Shown here: piece after piece, positions 9,644 to 17,059 of the stretch
How positions within the stretch are numbered: position 1 is the stretch's first letter
Layout of the letters: the number at the start of each line of letters is the position of its first letter
Source of the DNA: Hyphomicrobiaceae bacterium
GTDB lineage: Bacteria; Pseudomonadota; Alphaproteobacteria; Rhizobiales; Hyphomicrobiaceae
DNA: 64,000 nucleotides
Direction: 5' to 3'
NCBI GenBank assembly: GCA_033764055.1
Contig: JANRJI010000129.1
Location: 4,574-68,573, forward strand
Program-made: the position numbers and the translations under genes
Notes under the pieces: generated by a model
Told to the model about the DNA's origin: nothing
Database searches by the model: none
Seen by the model: only the letters and a program-made list of their open reading frames with translations

Positions 9644-10420
9644 ATGGCAGGGCGCATCAATCTCAACGCCGACATCGCGGAGGGGTGGGGCGCCTACGAC
9701 ATTGGCGACGACGCGGCGCTGATGCGGATCATCAAGTCGGCGAGCGTGGCTTGCGGCTTTCATGCCGGCGATCACAATACGATGCATCGCATCGTGATGC
9801 TGGCCAAGGAGCTCGGAGTCTCGATTGGCGCACATCCGGGCTTCAACGATATCTGGGGCTTCGGCCGGCGCGAGATCCGCATGAGCCCGTCGGACATCGA
9901 GTACATGACTGCCTATCAGATCGGAGCCTTGCAGGCGATCGCCCGCTACGCCGGCCTGAGCGTGACGCACCTCAAGGCACACGGGGCGCTGAGCAACATG
10001 GCAGCGCGGGACGAAGGCTATGCCATGGCGCTGGGCCGAGCGGTGAAGGCCGTGGCCCCCGAGATCATCTACGTGGCGCTCGCCGGCTCCGAGATGGAGC
10101 GGGCAGGCCGCAAGCTCGGCTTGCGCGTCGCCCGCGAGGGCTTCGCCGACCGGCAGTACGAGGAGGACGGGAACCTCGCCTCGCGGTCTGTTCCCGGCAC
10201 GGTCTATCGCGACCCACAGAAAGCTCTCGAGCAGGCACTCCGCATGATCGAGACAGGTGAGGTCGTTGCGCGCAGCGGCAAGCGGATCAGGGTGGCCGTC
10301 GACACCATCTGCGTGCACGGCGACGAGCCGAGCGCCGTCGCGGTCGCGAACGCCGTGCGGGCCGGCCTCGACAAGGCCGGGATCGTCGTCGTGACGCTGC
10401 CGGAGCTGACCCTGTCCTGA
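9644..10420 (+). CDS. pxpA: 5-oxoprolinase subunit A (LamB/YcsF family)
   Basis: ATG at 9644 (MAGRINLNADIAEGWGAYDIGDDAALMRIIKSASVACGFHAGDHNTM...), a classical LamB/YcsF N-terminus. Divergent from pxpBC. Confidence 0.9.
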   Translation: MAGRINLNADIAEGWGAYDIGDDAALMRIIKSASVACGFHAGDHNTMHRIVMLAKELGVSIGAHPGFNDIWGFGRREIRMSPSDIEYMTAYQIGALQAIARYAGLSVTHLKAHGALSNMAARDEGYAMALGRAVKAVAPEIIYVALAGSEMERAGRKLGLRVAREGFADRQYEEDGNLASRSVPGTVYRDPQKALEQALRMIETGEVVARSGKRIRVAVDTICVHGDEPSAVAVANAVRAGLDKAGIVVVTLPELTLS

Positions 10421-10470
10421 CGCCGAGCCCGTCGCCACCCCGCTTTCCGAAACGTTCTGAGGATGCATCC

Positions 10471-11091
10471 ATGAGGCTCTACTGGTCGTCGCGCTCGCCG
10501 TTCGTGCGCAAGGTGATGGTGGTGGCGCACGAGACGGGCCTCGTGTCGCGGATCGAGACGATTCGCACCGTCGTGGCGCCGACCAAGCCGAATGCCGAGG
10601 TGATGGCGCTCAATCCGCTGAACAAGTTGCCGACGCTCGTCCTCGACGACGGCTCGGCGCTGTACGACAGCCGGGTGATCGCGGAATACCTGGACAGCCT
10701 GCACGACGGCCCGCGACTGTTCCCGCCCGCCGGCCGCCCCCGTTTCGAGGCGCTACGCCTGCAGGCGCTCGGCGACGGCGCGCTCGACTTCCTGCTGGTC
10801 GGGCTTTCGGAGCGGGCACGGCCCGAGGCTCAGCAGTCGCCGGAACTCAAGGCGGCGCTGGCGACCAAATTCCGGGCAGCCTTCGACCGCCTCGAGGCCG
10901 AGGCGGGGGCGGGAGCCCTTGCCGGCAGCTTCGGCATTGGACAGATCGCGGTGGCCTGCGTCCTCGGATATGCCGACTTTCGCTACGCGGCAGAAGGCTG
11001 GCGCAACGGCCGGCCCAAGCTCGCCGCCTTTGCCCAATCGATCGCAAACCGGCCCTCGCTAGTTGCGACGACCCACATGGACGCCTACTGA
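10471..11091 (+). CDS. glutathione S-transferase family protein
   Basis: 206 aa, GAGGA upstream. Thioredoxin-like N-domain (LYWSSRSPFVRKV..., NPLNKLPTLVLDDGSALYDSRVIAEYLD). Confidence 0.85.
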   Translation: MRLYWSSRSPFVRKVMVVAHETGLVSRIETIRTVVAPTKPNAEVMALNPLNKLPTLVLDDGSALYDSRVIAEYLDSLHDGPRLFPPAGRPRFEALRLQALGDGALDFLLVGLSERARPEAQQSPELKAALATKFRAAFDRLEAEAGAGALAGSFGIGQIAVACVLGYADFRYAAEGWRNGRPKLAAFAQSIANRPSLVATTHMDAY

Positions 11092-11146
11092 CTGGGTGAC
11101 GCATCTCGCTCGCGGCGGGGCCGTCCGCCTGCCCCCCTGAAGCTCC

Positions 11147-12097
11147 CTAGTTGATGAACAGCACGCGGATGTCGTCCCCGGGGGCGTAGTTCTTGCCAAC
11201 CCACTCCAGCAGAGTGGGGCCGACTGCCCGCAAGTCCTTGCGGCAGGTGGCGACGAGCGTCTCGAGGCCCGCCTTCTCTATGGCGAGACGGAAGCTCGGG
11301 ATCGGCGCCCACCACCCTGGCTCGCTCGCGGCCGCATAGGTGACGCGGTGGGCGACGAGGCCGCGCCCTGTCTGGGCCGCACGGGCGGCAATCGCCGCCT
11401 GCAGGTCCTTGCCGATGCAATACGCTTGCTGGTGCGCCGGCAGGCTGTCCGCTCCCCAGACGCCTGACGCCGTCACCGGCTGATAGGCGAGGTTGATGGT
11501 GACGGTGCGCCCGGCGTCAAACGACTGTCGCCAGAAGGCTGTCGTCCGGACGGCCCAGTTGGGCACGACACGCTGGTCGTCGCGGCGGATGGCACCCCGC
11601 TCCTCGAGCCGAACCTTAAGCGCCGGAGGCAGCGCCCCCAGTCGCAACTCGATTCCGGGGACCAGCGGATTGAGCGGTATGCCCGCCGCCTCGAGCTCGC
11701 GGGTTACGTTCCTGGTGAATGCCACAGCGTGCTGCTCGAGCTCGAGCGCCACGGCGACGCCGTCCACCTCAACGGTAGCACCGACGAAGTTGCGCGGATC
11801 GGCTGACGCCACGACGACGACCTCCTCGCCGACGATGTTCATGTCGATTTCGGGCAGAGCGAAGGAGACCACCCGTACGATGGGGTCCGACGACGTGTTG
11901 CGAACGGCATAGGTGGCCTTCACGCTGCCGCGCCCGATCACGACATCCTGCGCCTCGACGACGGTCCGCTCGTCCGGAATGAACAGCAGGCCTCCCGCGG
12001 GAGCCTCGATCGTATCGTCGGCCGCAGTCGCTGGCGGCGTGGCCAGGACGAGGCAGCCGACGAGCCAGAGGACGACTGCAAGAGTTTGCATGTGCAT
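11147..12097 (-). CDS. secreted protein of unknown function (possibly DUF4424-like)
   Basis: ATG at 12097/12091 (MHMQTLAVVLWLVGCLVLATPPATAADD...) gives a signal peptide. The long upstream part of track ORF 11147..12367 is Arg/Ser junk. DUF assignment is from memory, unverified. Confidence 0.65.
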   Translation of the reverse strand: MHMQTLAVVLWLVGCLVLATPPATAADDTIEAPAGGLLFIPDERTVVEAQDVVIGRGSVKATYAVRNTSSDPIVRVVSFALPEIDMNIVGEEVVVVASADPRNFVGATVEVDGVAVALELEQHAVAFTRNVTRELEAAGIPLNPLVPGIELRLGALPPALKVRLEERGAIRRDDQRVVPNWAVRTTAFWRQSFDAGRTVTINLAYQPVTASGVWGADSLPAHQQAYCIGKDLQAAIAARAAQTGRGLVAHRVTYAAASEPGWWAPIPSFRLAIEKAGLETLVATCRKDLRAVGPTLLEWVGKNYAPGDDIRVLFIN

Positions 12098-12224
12098 GAG
12101 GCCGAAGCTCCGCTGCCGTTGTCGTGTCGTCGATGGGAGGGTGCTCGCCGACGGTCCGATGGAGTGACACCCGAGCGTACAGTGCCGCACCGGATGGTCG
12201 AGTGACAGCCCTCTTGCGGGTTGC

Positions 12225-12249
12225 GGAACCAACTTTGCTGCCTCGCGTT
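12225..12249 (+). promoter_or_regulatory. EcfG-type (general stress response sigma) promoter GGAAC-N16-CGTT
   Basis: GGAAC at 12225-12229, exactly 16 nt spacer, CGTT at 12246-12249, 34 nt upstream of the ATG at 12283. This equals the published alphaproteobacterial EcfG/ECF15 consensus GGAAC-N16-17-CGTT. Confidence 0.6.
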
Positions 12250-12282
12250 GGTTTTGACCACGTGTCGAGCAAGGTGACCGCA

Positions 12283-13593
12283 ATGCCGAACAAGAAGAAG
12301 GCCAAGACGAACGGAAACGGTGCCGGCCGTGAGCATCCCGATGACGCCGTCGAGCTGCTGTCCGCACAGCAGGAGAGGGTCAGGAGTGCCGCCGAGGCGC
12401 TCGTCAACGCCAGCGACGACAAGGCGAGACGGACCGCACTCGAGCAACTCGCAACCCTGTGGACCCACTACTCCGACCTGGAGCACGAGGTCGCGTTCAA
12501 AGCGTACAGCGAGGCCGGTGTCGACGAGCAGGTTCTGGCCGAGGCCACGATCGGCCACGACCTCGTTGCCATCCTGATGGGAAACCTGCTGGGGCGACCG
12601 CCGGGCGACCCGGCGATGCGGGCTGGCGTCGCCGTGCTCGGCCGACTGCTCGAATGGCGTTCGGACGACACCGAGAAGACGACGACGCTGCAGGCCGCGG
12701 CCACCGAAGCAGGCGTGGACATGAAGGCGCTCGGCAAGAGGCTCCGAGACACAATCTCGAGCATCGAGCACGACGACGCCGAGCAGTCCGCCGTGCCCTA
12801 TCCCAGGCTCCTGCGTGTTGCCCGGGCCACGGGCACATCGATGGAGGAGCGTATCCGTACCAGAGGCCGGGAGCGGGACCAACACAGCAGATACATAGCC
12901 CAGGACGACGATCGCCGCGCGATGCGCTCGCGCCAGGACGGCGACGACGAGCGCGGTCGCTCCTCGTGGTCCCGCGGTGCGTCGGCTCGCGGTCGCGACG
13001 ACTACGGCGGCTTCACGGACGAGGACGAGGATCGCTCCTATTCGAGCCGTTCGCGGCGCGACGACGAAGAAGACCGTGGCCGGCGATCCGGCGGATGGTT
13101 CGGCGATCGCGAGGGCCACAGCCGTGCCGCCGGTAGGAGCTGGGACGAGCGTCGCTCGTCCGGTCGCTCTGACGACGAGCGCTCGTCTCGCTATCACGAA
13201 GACCGGAGGTCGTCATCGTCGCGTCGCGATGACGATGATGACGACCGCAGCCGGCTCACGCGGTATCGCCAGGACGACGACGAAGGGCCGGGGTGGCACG
13301 GTGACTCGGAAGGCCATGCCGAGGCCGCCCGCAAGGGTTGGGAGCATCGCCGGAGGGGCGACGACGACGATCAAGGCCCAGGACGCAGCTCGGCGCGATC
13401 ACGGGACGAAGACGACGACCGGTACCGTGGCAGAAGCAGCGGCTGGTTCGGAGATCGCGAGGGGCATCGGCGCGCGGCAGAGCGCGGCTGGGACGAGCGC
13501 CGGATTTCCTCCCGGCAAGGCCCTGACGAGCGATCGTCAATGCATTACGACGAGGACGACGACCGCCGGCCGTCACGCCGCCGGTACGATTGA
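12283..13593 (+). CDS. highly charged stress-type protein: helical N-domain plus Arg/Asp/Ser-rich tail with three GW[FH]GD[RS]EGH repeats
   Basis: ATG 12283 (MPNKKKAKTNG...) after AAGGTGA. The C-terminal half has GWFGDREGHSRAAGRSWDERR, GWHGDSEGHAEAARKGWEHRR and GWFGDREGHRRAAERGWDERR embedded in D/R/S low complexity. The N-domain has weak hemerythrin-like helical spacing (not verified). Confidence 0.75.
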   Translation: MPNKKKAKTNGNGAGREHPDDAVELLSAQQERVRSAAEALVNASDDKARRTALEQLATLWTHYSDLEHEVAFKAYSEAGVDEQVLAEATIGHDLVAILMGNLLGRPPGDPAMRAGVAVLGRLLEWRSDDTEKTTTLQAAATEAGVDMKALGKRLRDTISSIEHDDAEQSAVPYPRLLRVARATGTSMEERIRTRGRERDQHSRYIAQDDDRRAMRSRQDGDDERGRSSWSRGASARGRDDYGGFTDEDEDRSYSSRSRRDDEEDRGRRSGGWFGDREGHSRAAGRSWDERRSSGRSDDERSSRYHEDRRSSSSRRDDDDDDRSRLTRYRQDDDEGPGWHGDSEGHAEAARKGWEHRRRGDDDDQGPGRSSARSRDEDDDRYRGRSSGWFGDREGHRRAAERGWDERRISSRQGPDERSSMHYDEDDDRRPSRRRYD

Positions 13594-13620
13594 CCCGAGG
13601 ATCAGGACGATAATAACAGC

Positions 13621-13653
13621 AAGGACCCGGCACTTTCCCGGCGCCGGGTCCTT
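13621..13653. terminator. bidirectional terminator-like hairpin between convergent genes
   Basis: Perfect 11-bp stem AAGGACCCGGC / GCCGGGTCCTT with an 11-nt loop, followed by TTGT on the plus strand. Sits between the 12283..13593 (+) and ychF (-) stops. Confidence 0.55.
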
Positions 13654-13686
13654 TGTCGTGCTGGAAGCCCCGTTGTCCGCCCGCCA

Positions 13687-14784
13687 TCAATTTGCGAAGC
13701 GGAAGTGCAGAACGTCGCCGTCGGCGACCACATACTCCTTGCCTTCGAGCCGCATCTTGCCGGCCTCTCGGGCGCCACCCTCGCCGCCGAGGCGGACATA
13801 ATCGTCGTAGGCGATGGTCTCGGCTCGGATGAAGCCCTTCTCGAAGTCACTGTGGATGACACCGGCCGCTTGCGGGGCCTTGGTGCCTTTGGTGATCGTC
13901 CACGCACGTGCCTCCTTCGGACCTACCGTGAAGTAGGTGACGAGGCCGAGCAGCCGATAGCCTTCGCGGATCAGTCGGTTGAGGCCCGGCTCATCGAGGC
14001 CGAGATCGGCGAGGAAAGCCTGCCGCTCGTCCTCCGGCAGGCCCGCGAGCTCTGCCTCGATCTTGGCGGAGATGACGACGGCGCCGGCGCCTTCGGCCTT
14101 CGCCCGCTCGAAAACCTTGTCGGAGAGTGCATTGCCGTTCGCTGCCGAGGCCTCGTCCACGTTGCACACGTAGAGCACGGGCTTGGCCGTCAAGAGCTGC
14201 AAGGCTCGGAAGGCCGGCTCCTCCTCGGGGGTGACGGCGGCGAGCCGCGCCGGCTTGCCCTCGCGCAGCAGCACCAGCGCCTTGTCCATCAGCGCGACCT
14301 GGGCCTTGGCGTCCTTGTCGCCGGACCTCGCCTTTTTCTCGATGTTGGCACGGCGCTTCTCGAGGCTGTCGAGGTCGGAGAGCATCAGCTCCGTCTCCAC
14401 GGTCTCGGCGTCGGCAATCGGATCAATCCGGTTCTCGACGTGCGTGATGTCGGTGTCCTCGAAGCAGCGCAGCACGTAGGCGACCGCGTCCACCTCACGG
14501 ATGTGGCCGAGGAACTGGTTGCCGAGCCCCTCGCCCTTGGAGGCCCCGCGCACGAGGCCGGCGATGTCGACGAAGGTGAGCCGCGTCGGCAGAATTGTTG
14601 CCGACTTGCCGATCTCGGCGAGCCGGGTCAGGCGCTCGTCGGGCACGCCGACCTCGCCGACATTGGGCTCGATGGTGCAGAACGGATAGTTGGCCGCCTC
14701 AGCCGCCGCCGTCTGCGTCAGCGCGTTGAAGAGAGTCGATTTGCCGACATTGGGCAAGCCGACGATACCGCATTTGAAGCCCAT
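13687..14784 (-). CDS. ychF: redox-regulated ATPase YchF (Obg-like GTPase family)
   Basis: MGFKCGIVGLPNVGKSTLFNALT... P-loop; 365 aa; conserved C-terminal TGS-like end ...DGDVLHFRFN-type. Confidence 0.95.
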   Translation of the reverse strand: MGFKCGIVGLPNVGKSTLFNALTQTAAAEAANYPFCTIEPNVGEVGVPDERLTRLAEIGKSATILPTRLTFVDIAGLVRGASKGEGLGNQFLGHIREVDAVAYVLRCFEDTDITHVENRIDPIADAETVETELMLSDLDSLEKRRANIEKKARSGDKDAKAQVALMDKALVLLREGKPARLAAVTPEEEPAFRALQLLTAKPVLYVCNVDEASAANGNALSDKVFERAKAEGAGAVVISAKIEAELAGLPEDERQAFLADLGLDEPGLNRLIREGYRLLGLVTYFTVGPKEARAWTITKGTKAPQAAGVIHSDFEKGFIRAETIAYDDYVRLGGEGGAREAGKMRLEGKEYVVADGDVLHFRFAN

Positions 14785-14795
14785 AATGGTCTTGC

Positions 14796-15131
14796 CTAGC
14801 CCTTGTTGTCTGTGCGCGCCGGCCGCCTCGACTGGGGCGCGGCGAGCGACGCGGCGATGTCCTGCACCGCCCGCCTCAGCTCGTCCTTCCGCCCTGGCTC
14901 CAGATCCCGCCAGTGCAAGTGGCGGACCGCGCAGTCCAGGGCATACATGAAATTGAGCGTGGCCTGCCGGCCGAATTGAAATCGCAGGCGCCGATAGGCC
15001 TCGACCGGGCCCAACGCTCGCAGCGTCTCAGCGTCGTGCACGCCCACCTCGACGAGCATCCGCGCCGAAACCGGACCCAGGCCCGGCAGCGCCGAGAGCT
15101 GCCGCTCGCTGGAGGACCGCGCCTTCGCCAT
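14796..15131 (-). CDS. TfoX/Sxy C-terminal-domain protein
   Basis: 111 aa. LSALPGLGPVSARMLVEVGVHDAETLRALGPVEAYRRL is a helix-hairpin-helix pattern typical of the TfoX C-terminal domain. Confidence 0.7.
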   Translation of the reverse strand: MAKARSSSERQLSALPGLGPVSARMLVEVGVHDAETLRALGPVEAYRRLRFQFGRQATLNFMYALDCAVRHLHWRDLEPGRKDELRRAVQDIAASLAAPQSRRPARTDNKG

Positions 15132-15146
15132 TCCAATCGCCCGCTT

Positions 15147-15905
15147 TCACTGCTCGCTCTTGTTCCGCGCACCCATCCACTTGCGCAAATTCTCGGCGAG
15201 CGCCGAGTGTCGTTTCGAGGCCCTCTCCCCTGCCGGATGGCCGCCCGAGCGCCGGGCTTGAGGGGAGACCTCCTCGGCCGGCCCTTCCCGTCGCGGACCG
15301 GCCGGCGTGGCCTTGGCCGGCGCCACCTTGGCGTCGTCATTGCCGAGCGCCAGGGCCACATCGGTCAGGAAACGCTCGTTCGAGCCCGTCACGAGCCTTG
15401 CGGCCGCGCCGGCGATGGCATCCAGCAGCGGCTCCAGCCATACCCGGTCGGCCTTGGCGAAGTCGTTCAGCACATAGTTGGCGACCTGGTCCTTGTGGCC
15501 CGGATGGCCGACGCCGATGCGCACGCGCACGTAATCATTGTCGAGGTGTGCGGAGATCGAGCGCAGGCCGTTGTGGCCCGCGTTCCCGCCGCCGGTCTTG
15601 ACCTTCAGCTTGCCGGGAGCCAGGTCGATCTCGTCGTAGAGCACGACGATGTCACCGATCGGCACCTTGTGGAAGCGGGCCGCCTCGCCGACAGCCCGCC
15701 CGCTCTCGTTCATGAAGGTGTCGGGCTTGAGCAACAGCACCTTCTCGCCGCCGATGGTTACCTCGGCGGCGTGCCCTTGGAACTTCCTCCGCCAGGGCTC
15801 GGCGTTGTGGGCAACGGCGATCCGGTCGACCGCCATGAACCCCACATTGTGCCGGTTTCGTGCGTATTTCGCCCCGGGGTTGCCGAGCCCGACAAAGAGC
15901 TTCAT
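15147..15905 (-). CDS. pth: peptidyl-tRNA hydrolase with basic C-terminal extension
   Basis: [27 protein letters not shown]... canonical Pth N-terminus; 252 aa. Confidence 0.95.
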   Translation of the reverse strand: MKLFVGLGNPGAKYARNRHNVGFMAVDRIAVAHNAEPWRRKFQGHAAEVTIGGEKVLLLKPDTFMNESGRAVGEAARFHKVPIGDIVVLYDEIDLAPGKLKVKTGGGNAGHNGLRSISAHLDNDYVRVRIGVGHPGHKDQVANYVLNDFAKADRVWLEPLLDAIAGAAARLVTGSNERFLTDVALALGNDDAKVAPAKATPAGPRREGPAEEVSPQARRSGGHPAGERASKRHSALAENLRKWMGARNKSEQ

Positions 15906-15975
15906 GAAATCCCCTCCCGAGGCGCGACAGTGCGTGGCACGGTGCAGGCGTCCCGGTCGGAAGCCAAGCTATGAG

Positions 15976-16671
15976 CTACTTCTTGCCGCCCTTGGCCTCG
16001 GGCTTGGCCGCGGCGGCCGGAGCCGCCTTGGGATCCCCGCCAGCCGCCGGTGCGGCAGCGGCCTCGCCGCCACCAGCCGCCGTCTCGTCGGCCTCGCCCT
16101 TGGCCGATGCGCCGGCGATCGTGGCGATCGTGAAATCACGGTCCTGGATCACGGGCCGCACGCCTTCCGGCAGCGTCACCGCAGAGATGTGGATCGATCG
16201 CCCAATCTCGAGCCCCTCGAGATTGACCTCGAACGATTCCGGGATACGGTCGGCCGGCGTCCACACCTCGATCTCGCGGCGCACGATGTTCAGCACGCCA
16301 CCGCGCTTCAATCCCGGCGAGAGCAGATCGTTGATGAATCGAACCGGCACCCGCAGCTTCACGCGGCCGTCCGCACCGATGCGCTGGAAGTCGACGTGCA
16401 CCGGCGTGTCACGCACGGGGTCGAGCTGAACGTCCCGCGGAATAGCCTTTGTCCTGGCGCCGGCCACGTCGATCTCGAACACGGTGGCCAGGAATCGGCC
16501 ACGTGCGATCATCTTCGACAAATCGTTCTCGTCCAGGGCGATCGGCTGCTGGTCGGCCTTGTCGCCGCCATAGATGATGCCCGGCACGCGACCTTCGCGG
16601 CGCACGGCCCTGGCGCCGCTCTTGCCTCGCGACGGCCGCTCCACGGCCTGGATCACCTGAGTCTGCGACAT
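15976..16671 (-). CDS. rplY: 50S ribosomal protein L25 / general stress protein Ctc
   Basis: MSQTQVIQAVERPSRGKSGARAVRREGRVPGIIYGG..., Ala/Lys-rich tail. CGGAGAC Shine-Dalgarno 8 nt upstream. Confidence 0.95.
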   Translation of the reverse strand: MSQTQVIQAVERPSRGKSGARAVRREGRVPGIIYGGDKADQQPIALDENDLSKMIARGRFLATVFEIDVAGARTKAIPRDVQLDPVRDTPVHVDFQRIGADGRVKLRVPVRFINDLLSPGLKRGGVLNIVRREIEVWTPADRIPESFEVNLEGLEIGRSIHISAVTLPEGVRPVIQDRDFTIATIAGASAKGEADETAAGGGEAAAAPAAGGDPKAAPAAAAKPEAKGGKK

Positions 16672-16802
16672 GACGTATAGTCTCCGAAAAACGCCGATCG
16701 CCCCGGCCGCGATACGCGTGGGGCTCCCGAGCCTCCGAGCACCGGCGCCGCACTCGCGGCCGACCGATGCTCACCTGTCTCAAGCTGAGCTGCTGGGCGT
16801 CG

Positions 16803-16831
16803 TTATATAGCCGCCGCGACCCGCCGGCAAC
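16803..16831 (-). promoter_or_regulatory. sigma70-like promoter candidate for rplY-pth operon
   Basis: Minus strand reads TTGCCG (16830-16825), a 15-16 nt spacer, then TATATA/ATATAA (16809-16803), about 130 nt upstream of the rplY ATG. AT-rich hexamers are rare in this GC-rich context. Confidence 0.35.
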
Positions 16832-17059
16832 CCGAGCGTTAGCGGCTACCTCCAGGCCGACCTCTGGGTAAGCGATGGTGGGTGCCGGTGGTGCGTGCCC
16901 GTCCCTGGCTGGCGTCCGATGGAGGTTGCCTCACATCTCAATCCCCGGAGTATGGGAAGGCGCGGCAAGCGATTGCGGGGCGCCAGGGCGACGGCTTGCA
17001 GCTGGCGCCGCCACGAGTGCTGCGGGAGGACCGTCAACCACTGGTGGTTTTGGTCCGGC

